Source: Octopus sinensis
Lineage: Eukaryota
Length of the DNA stretch: 64,000 bases
Assembly: GCF_006345805.1 (NCBI RefSeq)
Contig: NC_043015.1
Location: 43,152,001-43,216,000, forward strand
Direction of reading: 5' to 3'
Shown piece by piece: positions 1 to 12,527 of this stretch. Both the position numbers and the translations under genes were made by a program. The notes below the pieces were generated by a model. It saw only the letters and a program-made list of their open reading frames with translations. It searched no databases and was not told the origin of the DNA. Numbering within the stretch: the first letter of the stretch is position 1; the number at the start of each line of letters is the position of its first letter.

Positions 1-469
1 TCACGACAGTTTGGTTGGCCCAAGGTGCCACAGAATGGGACTAAACCCAAAACCATGTGGTTGGAAAGAAAAAAAAAATTGCCTAATCACACAGCCATGA
101 CTGAGCCTTACTACATACAAGGGTATAGCAGCCACACACACCTGAGAGTAACTTCATATCAGCAGGTACCCTGCTTTCATTAGGTACCCATATAGTTCTG
201 TGCAAACAGGAATACCCTCTCAGACCTCTTACTCTGGACCCAGCACAACATCTTGAGAGTGAGAGCTACAGAGATAGAGAGCAAGTGGGGGGGGGACCAC
301 TGCATCAGTAGAGGGCAATGACATTTCTTTCCATCATTGACCTCCCCACCCAAAAGAATGAAATGTCAAGCATGACTTGCTGGAATTTGAACTCAGAACG
401 TAGTGAACCGGAACAAATATTTCAATGCATTCTCTCTGATGCTGTAATGCAACTAACAATTGGCCACCT

Positions 470-1135
470 TAACACACATACACACACACAAATATATACA
501 TACATATACACACACAAATATATACATACATATATATACACACACAAATATATACATACATATATACACACACAAATATATACATACATATATACACACA
601 CAAATATATACATACATATAGACACACACAATTATATACATAAATATACATACACATACAAATATATACATTCACACACACACACACACAAATATATACA
701 TACATATATACACATACACACACACAAATATATACATATATATATACACACACACACACAAATATATACATACATATATACACACACACATACAAATATA
801 TACATACATATACACACACATACATACATATATACACACATACATACACATATATACATACATACATATACACAGACATACATGCATCCATATACACACA
901 TACATATACACACACACATATACACGCACACATATATACACACACACATAGACACACACATACACACACAGACACAAATATATACATATATACACACAGA
1001 CACATATATATATACACAAAAATATATACATACATACACACACATACACACGCACACACATACATACACACACACACAAATACACACACACACACATACA
1101 CACAAACACACACACACAAACACACACACACATCT
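470..1135. repeat. Compound (AC)n/(AT)n/(ACAT)n microsatellite with ACACACAAATATATACATACATAT-like units
   Basis: Directly visible; source of the H/T/Y/I and C/V/M/Y ORFs. Confidence 0.95.
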
Positions 1136-1359
1136 ATAATGCATCGGTTGCGAATAAGTAAAGCACTGAAATTAATAGATGCATCGCAGTAATTGTGCCA
1201 CACACAATTTGCAAAGCAAACTGTGTAAAATATCCATCCCTGGAGAGAGAGAGAGAGAGCGAGGCTGGTTTGCAGGCATTAACTACAGAAGAACAACAAA
1301 GCAAGACTCTGACAGAGAACCTGAAAAATTAATAACAACAGGTATGGACAAATAACGAG

Positions 1360-1396
<37 letters not shown>

Positions 1397-1992
1397 ATTC
1401 TGTTGTCATAAACCGTTCCAGGTTTCATTACTTCGTTACATAAACGCAAACTCTGAACATAAAGACAATGTGTGGATATTGCAATTAGATATGCCTAATA
1501 TGATTGTTCATTAATTCATTCGTACACAGCACAGCACAGCGTCGTCGGCGTATGCGTTCTTGAGAATGGTTTCACAGCAGAGACGGCAGCAGTAAGGGGA
1601 ATCGGTTTTTGTTAAAACGAAGATTAGAAGTACCCCAAAATAGCAACAGCAATTTCAGGTTTGTTGTTTTTACTTTTTTGTTCTTTTACTTGTTTCGGTC
1701 GTTTTGACCGCAGCCATTCCCCCCACCCCCCAGGACTTGTTCTTTGTAAGCCTAGTACTTATTATATCATTCTCTTTTGTCGAACCGCCAAGTAACAGGA
1801 GCATAAACACACCAGCATCGGTTGTCAAAATTCTCTGTTTTGAAGTGTTTGTATTTGAAAAGTAAATTTCCATGGTAAAGGGTAAAGACCCCCTTTAGTT
1901 GTAAAAGTGCTTGGGATTGCACCTAGAAACAAGACAGGGCAAGGTTGCTTATGGACAACCAGCAGCTGCCCATTCATATCAGCCACCCTGAC

Positions 1993-2269
1993 CAGGGCTG
2001 TGGAGTCAGAGTTGGATACAATTAACGGGTAGCTGGAGTCAGACTCGGAGTCAGTAAAACTATACCGACTCTGATTCCGACTCACAATGTCTTTATTTTA
2101 TAATATAAACCGATTACAACATATAGGCCTACTCAAATCACAAGCTTATGCATATTTTATGAGATGTGTAAACCACAATCACTTAATTACATAAAGAGGA
2201 GTCAGAGTCGGAGGTGCCAAAAGTACAGGAGTCGGAGTCAAGGTTTTTTGCTTTGACTTCACAGCCCTG
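1993..2269. mobile_element. hAT-like MITE
   Basis: TIRs CAGGGCTGTGGAGTC ... GACTTCACAGCCCTG, with subterminal GGAGTC/GACTCC repeats. No intact 8-bp TSD was seen. Confidence 0.75.
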
Positions 2270-2429
2270 AGTTTCACAAACAGAGATCTCAGAATAAGCA
2301 CCAGACTTACAAATCAATTCTAGAGTTGATTCGTTCAACTAAAACTCTTCAAGATAATGCCCCAGCATGAGCACAGTTCAACGACTGAGACCAGTAAGAG
2401 AATAAAGAGCTCATTAAAATTACAATCAA

Positions 2430-2738
2430 GGGCACATAAAAAGCACCATCTGAACGTGGCTGATGCCAGCGCCACCTTGACTGGCTTCCGTGTCAGTGGC
2501 ACGTAAAATGCACCAATCCAATCGTGGCTGTTGCCAGCCTCGCCTGGCACCTGTGCAGGTGGCACGTAAAAAGCACCCACTACATTCACGGAGTGGTTGG
2601 CGTTAGGAAGGGCATCCAGCTGTAGAAACACTGCCAGATCAGACTGGAGCCTGGTGCAGCCTCCTGGCTTCCCAGATCCCAGGTCGAACCGTCCAACCCA
2701 TGCTAGCATAGAAAGCGGACGTTAAACGATGATGATGA
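2430..2738 (+). mobile_element. SINE/non-autonomous retroposon family D (RTE-like 3' tail ending in (GAT)n)
   Basis: GGTTGGCGTTAGGAAGGGCATCCAGCTGTAGAAAC ... CCAACCCATGCTAGCAT..AAAGCGGACGTTAAACGATGATGATG; recurs at about 3051(-), 9110(-), 9467, 13215(-), 34017 and 44690. Confidence 0.85.
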
Positions 2739-3050
2739 ATGTGTTAAACTCAAGCTAAACTCCAGCTACACTCCAACTAAAATTCCAGCCAAGCTACAAC
2801 GTGTCTCTGGATTAATGGTTTCATGAAATATTCAAGAACACCACTTGGAATTGTCTTTGATTCATTATTACTTATCCTCAGATCAGCTCCAATTGAGCAG
2901 ATCTATGATCAAAGCTGTACCGCCATGCGTTACTGTCTATTTGCTGTATATACCTACGACTACACACTCTGCCTGCTAGAAATAGCAGCGGTGTCTCTAC
3001 TCGGTTAGGTGAATGACACTGCTTTAGGTTTTTGATTGGTTGTCACAAAA

Positions 3051-3275
3051 CATCATCATCGTCGTCATCATCATCATCGTTTAATGTCTGTTTTCCATGC
3101 TAGCATGGGTTGGATGGTTTGACCGGGGTCTAGAAAGCCAGGAGGCTGCACCAGGCTCCAGTCTGATCTTCCTGATCCAGTCTGCCCTTCCTAAAGCCAA
3201 CCACTCCGTGAGTGTTGTGGGTGCTTTTTACGTGCCACCGGCACAGGTGCCAGGAGGGGCTGGCAACAGCCACGG
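3051..3275 (-). mobile_element. Family D copy, inverted relative to 2430-2738
   Basis: Reverse complement of the family D tail (catcatcatcgtttaatgtc...). Confidence 0.85.
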
Positions 3276-3439
3276 AGCATAGGCATGGAAAGAGAGAAAT
3301 GGAAAAATGGAAAAGAGAAATTTATAAAGCATCATGGATAAATCATAGAAGGTAGACTACTTCTCTAAAATTTGGAGGGATGAGGGTTGATCACATCAAT
3401 AAAAGGAAGATTACCTTCTCCAAGTCATGCTGACTCTTA

Positions 3440-3962
3440 AGAGTCAGTTTCCTGGTTTTTTGCTTTCCATCTCGGTAGAATTTGAACTCAGAACATAGCG
3501 ACGGGTGAAATACCGCTAGGCATTTTGCCTGGCGTTCTAATAATTCTTTTTTCTTTACTGCCCACAAGGGGCTAAACATAGAGGGGAAAAACAAGGACAG
3601 ACAAAGGGATTAAGTTGATTACGTCGACCCCAGTGCGTAACTGGTACTTAATCTATCGACCCCAAAAGAATGAAAGGCAAAGTCAACCTCGGCAGAATTT
3701 GAACTCACAACGTAATGGCAGACGAAAGACCTATTTCTTTACTACCCACAAGGGGCTAAACATAGAGGGGACAAACAAGGACAGACAAAGGGATTAAGTT
3801 GATTGCATCGACCCCAGTACGTAACTGGTACTTAATTTATCGACCCTGAAAGGATGAAAAGCAAAGTCGACCTCGGCGGAATTTCAACTCATAACATAAT
3901 GGCAGACAAAATACCGCTAGGCATTTCGCCTGGCGTTCTAATGATTCTGCCAACTCACCACC
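3440..3962 (-). mobile_element. Tandem tRNA-derived SINE family B copies
   Basis: Head GGCGGCGAGCTGGCAGAA..GTTAGCAC, B-box GAGTTCAAATTCC, central GCCTTTCATCCTTTCGGGGTCGATAAATTAAGTACCAG (resembles the Meta/MESC SINE domain), tail GCCCCTTGTGGGTAGTAAAGAAATA. Confidence 0.85.
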
Positions 3963-4394
3963 CATCATAAAAAATAATAATAATAATAATAATAATGTGA
4001 ACAGTAAGATGTCAGCTTCAAGCAACGATAGTGGTGAAAAAAAAAATTACACTTCAAATCAAACTAGAATTTTTGTCAAAAGCAGATAAAATGAAATAAC
4101 CGAAAAAAGATATACGAAATTTTCAATTTTTCTAAAAAGTATTTGCTAAAAAAGACATCATTGATTTCTTTTTTTATTTACTGTCTTTTACTATTTTTTT
4201 TCTACCTACATTTTTGGTTTGTAATGTTAGTTTCTAGTATACTAGCAAATCTAGTAAATCCAAAATTTGTGATGGAAAATCTGATAGCAGGCAGGAGTTT
4301 CACAAAAGCTTTATATCTAACTGCATGTTTGCGTACACATACATATATCGGTTATGGTATTATATATGAGTGTACCATATATACACAACCACAC

Positions 4395-4646
4395 ATTTTG
4401 TGTGTGAGTGTGTGAGTGTGTGCGTGTGTGTATATATATATATATATATGATAGACAGATAGATATATAGATACACACATGCACATACACACACATATAT
4501 ATATACACATACATAATAGATAAATATATATATATATATACATATAGACACACACCCACATACATATACATACATGTACATACATACACATACATACATA
4601 CATACATACATATACATACATACATACATATACATACATACATACA

Positions 4647-4692
<46 letters not shown>

Positions 4693-4979
4693 CATATATA
4701 TGCAAATATACATATCAATGCATTTATATATATGCATTTATATATAAATACATATTTATACACATACACATAAGTGCATATATATATATCTACATATATA
4801 TATATGCATATATATATATATATATATGTACACACACACACACATATATATACATACATATATATATACACACACACACCAACATATACACATACATACG
4901 CACAGATATCCATAGCATTTACACTATATGTAAACTATAGCATTTCACACACACACACACACACACACACAAGTGCGTA

Positions 4980-5010
<31 letters not shown>
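4395..5010. repeat. Compound (TG)n/(AT)n/(TACA)n microsatellite
   Basis: Directly visible. Confidence 0.95.
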
Positions 5011-5012
<2 letters not shown>

Positions 5013-5364
5013 TATACAAAAGAATATCGTGTTCTAGTAAGACAATGCTAGACAGGAATTAAAAATCAATAAACTACAGGAAAACAAAAATTACAAAAAA
5101 AAAAAAGTTTTTAAATATTAAAACAAAAAAATACAATAAAGTTTTTTAAATCAATAAAACAAAATTATACCGAAATGCACCAAACTTAAATTGCAACTAG
5201 AATTTTGTGGTTGCAGCAAGAAGCATATGCATCGAAAGCACTACAAGAATTAAAAGTGATTCATAATTAATATTACATTATATAATGTATAATAATGTTG
5301 CTGGGCTTGTGCTAAAATCTGAAACCAATAATAATAATAACAATAATAATGATGATGATAATAA

Positions 5365-5766
5365 TAATCTTTTCTTATCTGTGCACAAGGCCCGGAATTT
5401 TAGGGGAGGGAGCCAGTTGATTAGATCGACTCCAGTACGCAACCGGTACTTAATTTATTGAACCCATAAGGCTGAAAGGCAAAGTCCACCTTGACGGAAT
5501 TTGAACTTAGAACGTAAAAACAGACGGAATACCTATTTCTTTATTGCCCACAAGGAGCTAAACACAGAGAGGACAAACAAGGACAGACAAACGGATTAAG
5601 TCGATTATATTCACCCCAGTGCGTAACTGGTACTTATTTAATTGACCCCGAAAGGATGAAAGGCAAAGTCGACCTCGGCGGAATTTGAACTCAGAATGTA
5701 GCAGCAGACGAAATACTGCTAAGCATTACGCCTGGCGTGCTAACGTTTCTGCCAGCTCACCACCTT
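5365..5766 (-). mobile_element. SINE family B dimer between (TAA)n tracts
   Basis: Two family B units joined at GACGGAATACCTATTTCTTT. Confidence 0.85.
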
Positions 5767-5811
5767 AATAATAATAATAATAATAATAACAACAACAATA
5801 ATAATTATAAT

Positions 5812-6320
5812 AAATGCCCTGATGCAGTACCAGGCAGTGGCTCTCATGGCTTCTGATCTTAACTGATTGGAAGTGTCATCATGTACATTGTTTTGTCTTG
5901 GTATAAAAGATGGGCTACAGCAAATATTCTGCTGAATACCACAGATTTGCTTGTCAGTTGTTTGACCTTAACCAGTTGAGCATGTCCCTTACAGGCTGAC
6001 GATATGTGCATCTCTGATCATGAGCAGTGGTGGAGCATCATGGCCATGTGTCGAGAGGAATTCTTAGGAGTTTGAATAAATCACCTCTGAAAACATGGGT
6101 GTTTCATTCATCATCCTTACACAGGGATCTTTTGAGCGGGATGGGCTATTCAATTTGAAGAAAGATCTAACTGGGCCCCCACCTGCAAGATCATGCACAT
6201 ATGGTTATGATGCATGTACCCGGTGTACTCTCATCAGATGGGTAGTCATGATGGGTATATTGGGCTTTGTATATTTGTACCCCAGTGTCACTTTGATGAC
6301 ATGTGCTGCTCTCTCACTCA
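5812..6320. mobile_element. Unclassified ~500-bp element embedded in a (TAA)n tract
   Basis: Complex sequence with sharp borders and (TAA)n on both sides; no convincing ORF; single copy in this window. Confidence 0.4.
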
Positions 6321-6329
6321 ATAATAATA

Positions 6330-6775
6330 ATAATCCTTTCTACCATAGGCACAAAGCCTAAAATTCAGGTGGGGGGGGGGTAAAGTCAATTACATCGACC
6401 TCAGTACTCAACTGGTACTTAATTTATTCACCGGAAAGAATAAAAGGCAAAGTTGACCATGGGGAAATTTGAACTCAGAACGTAGCGATGGGTGAAATAC
6501 CGCCAAGCTTTCTATCCAGCGTGCTAACAATTCTGCCAGCTCGCCGCCCAACTCAATAATAATAAAGGTTTAAAATTTTGGCACAAGGGCCAGTCATTTG
6601 GGGGGAGGGGATAAGTTGATTAAATTGACCCCAGTACTCAACTGGTACTTATTTTATCAATCCTGTAAAGACGAAAGGCAGAGTTGACCCCAGCGGAATT
6701 TGAACTCCTTAAAGACAGACGAAATGCCTCTAAGCCTTTTGCCCTGGATGGTAACATTTCAGCCAACGCACCCCT
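6330..6775 (-). mobile_element. Two diverged SINE family B copies with the alternative (ATT)n-ending tail
   Basis: GAATTTGAACTC and AGTACTCAACTGGTACTT motifs; tail CCTTTCTACCATAGGCACAA. Confidence 0.75.
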
Positions 6776-6804
6776 CTTTATGAAAATAATAATAATGATG
6801 ATAG

Positions 6805-7100
6805 CTTTGTGGTTAGAGTGTCAGGCACGCAATCATAAGGTAGTGAGTTCAATTCCCAGACTGAGCTGTGAATTGTGTTCTTGAGCAAGACATTTTATTT
6901 CACAATGTTATTGGTGCCAAGCTGTATCGGCCCTTTTGCCTTTCCCTTTGATGACATCAGTGGCATGGAGCAGGGCAAGGCTGGTATGCACGGGCAACTG
7001 CTAGACTTCCATAAACAATCTTGCCCAGACTTGTGCCTCGGTGGGGAACTTTCTAGGTGCAATCCCATGGTCATTCATGACCAAAAGGGATCTTTACTCT
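6805..7100 (+). mobile_element. tRNA-derived SINE family C
   Basis: GTGGTTAGAGTG A-box, GAGTTCAATTCCC B-box, GTGTTCTTGAGCAAGACA CORE-like segment; matches the copies at 11108 and 11661. Confidence 0.8.
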
Positions 7101-7170
7101 TTAATAATAAGAGTAATAATGATGATGATGATACTACTACTACTACTAAATAAAAATAAATGCGCTCTTT

Positions 7171-7405
7171 TTAAAGCCTAGCCAGGCTCACAGGCCTGGT
7201 TTCCCGGTTTCTATGGCGTATGTGTTCCCCAGCCGGACGGGACGCTAGTCCATTGCAGCGTTGCTCACTTTTGCCAGCTGAGTGGACTGGAGCAACGTGA
7301 AATGAAGTGTTTTGCTCAAGAACACAACGTGTGGCCCGGTCCAGGAATCGAAACAACAATCTTACGATCATGATGCTGACACCCTAACCACTAAGCCACG
7401 CGCTT
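7171..7405 (-). mobile_element. SINE family C-related copy with a different 3' tail
   Basis: Minus strand reads GCGCGTGGCTTAGTGGTTAGGGTG...GTTTCGATTCCTGGACCGG...GTGTTCTTGAGCAAAACAC...GATGGACTAGCGTCCCGTCC-like tail. Confidence 0.75.
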
Positions 7406-8291
7406 TCACTATACTACTACTGCCGCTACTACAACAACTACTACTACTACTACTACAACTACTACTACTACTACTACTAATAATAATAATAATAATAATA
7501 ATAATGGAAATGCATTTGCTGCTGTTATACCTGTACTAAAAAGTGGGGTGGCTGTGGTGGTAGAAGGTGTAGGTGGTGAACAGGTAAGCATTTGCACTGA
7601 AGTTTTGTCAGAGCATTGTTATTTCAAGCGCAAGTATCCAATGATGGAGCAATGGGGCGTGGTGGTGGTGGTGGTGATGGAAAAAAAAACGGGGTGGGGT
7701 AAAGAATATAAAAAAAAAAACCTGCCACCCACTCACACCTTCATCTCCACCTGCACCCCACCCCCACCCCCTAGCCCACTTCCATTCAAAAAAAAAAAAT
7801 ATATATATATACAATAATTCCTTAGCAAATGCTGAAAGAAAGAATTACGTAAGATAACTTTTTTTTTTTTGCTTTCCTTTTTTTATTTCTTGCTTTGTTC
7901 GAATCAGAAATCATATTTCATCATAGAAAACTACCAATCACCACAAGTATAACTAGAAAGTTCTTATTTTCTGTCTTTGTTTTTTTTTTTTTTTTTTTTT
8001 TTTTTTTGTTTTTTTTTCCTTTTCTCCTCCTCCTCCCCAACATGCACACGGAAATTATTTTAGAGTGAGTAAGTAATAAGGTTTCGATCGAAATTGAAGA
8101 ATTAGTTGGTTCGCGTAATTCTTGCAGCAAATCCACCTTGCTCAAGTCTTAATAAATGTAGACCATTAACAGCTAATTATTTATGCCAAGCAAATATTTC
8201 TCGGTAAATAGGAAAGAAAAATAGAATAGCTCTAACAGACACACACAATATTAATTTCTCATCTGTATCCACATAAGAGAGAAGTGTTATT

Positions 8292-8324
<33 letters not shown>

Positions 8325-8329
<5 letters not shown>

Positions 8330-8866
8330 GGGAGAGTTTATGAAAAAAAACAAAAGACAAAGACAGGTGGTGTACAAAACAAACAGATATATTAGTATAA
8401 CACTCAGGAATAGAAAAAGTCTTTTACGTTTTGAGCCTACGCTCTTCTACAGAAAGGAATACAGAAAAAACAAGGAGAGAAAACAGTTTTGTGTAAAGTT
8501 CAAAGGTTTTTTTGACGTCGTGGTGTATTGCAAGGATTTCTCATCAAGAATAGAGTCCACTGTGGTCCGTATGTAGGAGAGGTGCAGCCGGAGGGTAAGT
8601 ATCCAAACGAGAATCTGTAACCAGTGGAGAAGTTCGTGCGTGGTAAGAAATGGCACAAGATCAACATGTGTGACCATGTGAGCGTGTAATATATATAGGG
8701 AGACTTGACGAAAAAAACAAAAGACGAAGACAGGTGGTGTACAAAACAAACAGATGTATTAGTATAACGCTCGGGAATAGAAAAAGTCTTTTATGTTTCG
8801 AGCCTATGCTCTTCTACAGAAAGGGACGCAGAAAAAACAAAGAGAGAAACAAGGAGAGAAAACAGT
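8325..8866 (-). mobile_element. Penelope-like element remnant with two ~165-bp direct (pLTR-like) repeats
   Basis: Direct repeats at about 8325-8486 and 8691-8866. On the minus strand each carries CTTT-CTGTAGA-A-GAGC-(G/A)TAG-GCTC-(G/A)AAAC(G/A)T-A-AAAG, resembling Penelope minimal hammerheads. Confidence 0.55.
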
Positions 8867-9466
8867 ATGTATTTATGTGTGTGTGTGTCTGGATTTGTCC
8901 CCTGCTATCACTTGACAACCAATGCTGGGGTGTTTATGTCACCGTATCTTAGCGGTGCAGCAGAATAAGTACTAGGTTTACAAAGAATAAGTCTCCTGGG
9001 GTTGATTTCCAAGACTAAAACCTTTTCAAGAGGTGCTCCAACATGGCCACAGTCAAATGACTGAAACAAGTAAAAGAATAAAAGAATACACGCATTCATC
9101 CTCATGACCATCATCGACATTTAATGCCTGCTTTCCAGGCCAGCATGGGTTGGACGGCTTCAGAGGATCTGGCAAGGCCAGGGGCCCACACCAAGTCCCA
9201 TTGTCGGTTTTCGCTTGGTCTCCATGGCTGGATGTCTTTCCTAATGCTATTAAATATTCTATCATTAATAACTAATTTATATATTATACTCTTTGTTGTG
9301 TTTAGTTCTGTGCACAATCTCCTGATCCATGGAGAAACGTTTTTGCATGTAACCAATCCATGGTGCATAAATGGTTAAGGACAGCTGGTGTAGAGGCTCC
9401 CTCTGGTGTTTAAAAACCTGTAACCAATGATCAAACAATTTTCTCACTGTACCCACTTCATGTTTT

Positions 9467-9768
9467 TGGCACGTAAAAGAACCATCCGAACGTGGCCGTT
9501 GTCAGCGCCAGCCCAACTGGCCTCCATGTCGGTGGCACGTAAAAAGCACCAACCAATCGTGGTCGTTGCCAGCCTCGCCTGGCACGTAAAAAGCACCCAC
9601 TACACTTACAGAGTGGTTGGCGTTAGGAAGGGCATCCAGCTGTAGAAACACCGCCAGACCAGACTGGAGTCTGGTGCATCCTCCTGGCTTCCCAGACCCC
9701 AGTCGAACCGTCCAACCCATGCTAGCATGGAAAGCGGGCGTTAAACGATGATGATGATGATGATGATG
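9467..9768 (+). mobile_element. Family D copy
   Basis: Same sequence as 2430-2738, with a (GAT)n tail. Confidence 0.85.
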
Positions 9769-10199
9769 AATTCTACATGAACTAATATAGCCCTTCCACT
9801 TTTTTTTTTTTTTAAGATGATGAGGTGTCAGCTGAAGGATATTCAGCTGCTATTTTTAGCAAATTGAGGAAGCACATAATATCCTCTTTTATATAGGTTC
9901 TTTTTTTTTCGTAAAATCATGTGGAGATGGTAAATAAGTGAGAGTATGTGTGATGGTGGTGGCAGCAGTGGTGGGTACATGTATGTATGTGTGCATGCAT
10001 GTGTGTGGGGGTATGTGTGTGTGTGAAAGAGAGAGAGAGGAAGAAAAGTAGTTTGACAGATCTTAGCTGACATTCCTTGTATGTTCTTGAAGCAGCTGAG
10101 AATTGCCATACTTGAGTGTGAGCATGAATGAATACGAGAGTGAGTGAGTGTGTGAGTGAGTGAGTGAATGGGTGAATGAGTGATCGTGTGCATACGTCT

Positions 10200-10670
10200 A
10201 TGTTGTGCACAATTATGCAACAGTGCATGAATAAGAGCAAGTATGTGTGGGTGTGCACTTTCTTGCATGTGTGTACCATCATATGCATGCTGTTAAGTAG
10301 TAATATCTGAACGCGTGCGTGTGTGTGTGTGTGTGTAACTAAGAAAACACTGTCGTTGGTGTTAGTGCAAGTACGTGCGATTGAACATAGCATGCATGTG
10401 TGTGCATGTGTGAGATGCATGTCACTGCGTGCATGCGACGGATTGTACATATGCATGTAGAAGCAACAGTGTGATCGCATGCACAAGCCCATGTGCATGC
10501 GTATGCATCTTCTTGTGCATGTACATATGCAAATGTATGTGTGTGTTTGCATGTGCATGTGTGTAGCATGCACACGTGTTTGTGTGTGTGTGTTTGTATG
10601 TGTTGCATGCTGCATGCACGTGTGTGTGTGTGTTTACATGTGTTGCATGCACACGTGTTTATGTGTGTGT
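10200..10670. repeat. Degenerate (TG)n/TGCATG low-complexity repeat
   Basis: Directly visible. Confidence 0.8.
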
Positions 10671-11107
10671 GATGATGTTTTGAAATCCAGGTATTCAAGT
10701 GTCAAGCATCGACAGCAGAAGCTGCAAATTCTTCATTTTGGTAAGTGGTTCTTTGAGCTGATAGGAAATCCTTCCTGCCAGAGTGAAGCTGCTCTCAGTA
10801 GCTAATGAGTCACACTTTAGGTTTTCCAACACATAAGACATCACAGCTGCACTAAGAGAATTCCTCATTAAAAGTCAGAAACAACAGCAGCAACAACACC
10901 AAAAACAACAACACGTATCCATATATTATTGTACAGATTTATATCTTTGTGGTTCTGAAATTCTTATTGCCAAAGTACCGAAGTAAAGATCTTTTTCATT
11001 TATGGCTTTCTAAATAGAACTTTGTATTGTGTTGATTTAACCCCCCACTTAAGAATTCAGATTACTCTATCAAGTATAATGCTTATTTATTCTAACCTAT
11101 TCCTTGT

Positions 11108-11300
11108 GAAGGCACATGGCTCAGTGGTTAGAGCGTCAAGCTTACGATCGTGAGGTTGTGAGTTCGATTCCCAGACTGGGCTGTGTGTTGTGTTCTTGAG
11201 CAAGACACTTTATTTCACGTTGCTCCAGTTCACTCAGCTGTAGAAATGAGTTACGACATCACAGGTGCCAAGCTGTATCAGCCCCTTTGCCTTTCCCTTT
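11108..11300 (+). mobile_element. SINE family C, 3'-truncated
   Basis: GAAGGCACATGGCTCAGTGGTTAGAGCG...GAGTTCGATTCCC. Confidence 0.85.
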
Positions 11301-11660
11301 TGTTTCCTTAGTAACTGACAGTAAGCACTCTAACAACAACAACAACCTTGTCAGTGATGAGTCAAAGGAGTTTCAAAATGGTTATTAAACTTGGCCAGAA
11401 ATAGCAGTCAAATATCCCTTAAAAATCTATCTTTAGTAATTTGAATAGCCCTTTGGATAACATTGTTCTAAATAAATAACTACAGCCCAAATATTCTGTT
11501 TTATGTTCCAAGTGGCCTGATCTGACTTCTCACACCTATCCCACAATATCATTCTAAAAATAAACACATCATCGAAACCTCAAAGCTAAGAGATAATGCA
11601 GCATTAATTCAAAACAATGTCAACAGATATGCAACAATTTTGACAGAGTAATCCGAAAGT

Positions 11661-11998
11661 GAAGGCGCATGGCTCAGTGGTTAGAGTGTCAAGTTTACAA
11701 TTGTGAGGTTGTGAGTTTGATTCCTGGACCGAGCTGCGTGTTGTGTTCTTGAGCAAGACACTTTATTTCACATTGCTCCAATTCACTCAGCTGTAGATAT
11801 GAGCTGCAACATCACAGGTGCCAAGCTGTATCGGCCCCTTTGCCTTTCCCTTGGATAACACAGGTGGTGCAGAGAGGGGAGGCCAGTATGCATGTGCGAC
11901 TGCTGGCCTTCCACAAACAACCTTGCCCGGACTTGTGACCCGGAGGGTAACATTCTAGGTACAATCCCATGGTGTTATTCATGACCGAAGGGGATCTC
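11661..11998 (+). mobile_element. SINE family C, near full length, nested in a TTAA-type MITE (about 11480-12022)
   Basis: tRNA head with A/B boxes. The flanks resume the MITE sequence (..CAGAGTAATCCG / AATCTGAATGCTAAA..TTAA). Confidence 0.85.
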
Positions 11999-12019
11999 CT
12001 CAATCTGAATGCTAAACAT

Positions 12020-12247
12020 TTAACCTTTCAGCATTCAAAGTGACCATATCCGGCCAAAATATTCCACCTGTTTCATCTTCGAATTAATCAGACCTGACCT
12101 CTCACACCTACCCTACAATGTCATTCTAAAAATAAACAATCACATCATTGAAATCTCAAAGCAATGAGATAATGCATGATTAATCTAACACGGTGAGAAT
12201 AAATAAGCATTACATTTGCCGGAATAATCTGAATGCTAGACAGTTAA
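12020..12247. mobile_element. piggyBac-like (TTAA) MITE, family P1
   Basis: TTAACCTTTCAGCATTCAAA ... TCTGAATGCTAGACAGTTAA; related copies at about 11480-12022, 12400-12964 (inverted) and 14738-14967. Confidence 0.7.
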
Positions 12248-12527
12248 AGATACTTATTTTTCTTACATGAAAATCCTGCCTGATATGGTGTCGCTTTTGT
12301 TTCCATAGCAACTGGCAGCAATCCCGATGGAGAAGCAGAATGACAGGGTGGATAAGGTACAGTGTCTTTTTTCCTTTTCTTTTTTACTCTTGAGCATATA
12401 TATTACTCTTATGCAATGCTAATTTATTCACAAGGTTTTGGATTAATCATGCATTATTTCAGAGCTTCAAGATTTCAATGATGCGACTGTCAAGTTCTTA
12501 GAATGAAATTCTAGGGTCGGTGTGAGA

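Noticed and set aside
318-1203. Overlapping long ORFs (273 aa and 244 aa), His/Thr/Tyr- or Cys/Val-rich
   Set aside because: Translations of AC/AT microsatellite, open in many frames because the repeat lacks stop codons.
11108-11185. tRNA genes at SINE heads (also 11661, 26639, 28357)
   Set aside because: A/B boxes are present but the cloverleaf is imperfect and each runs into a SINE body.
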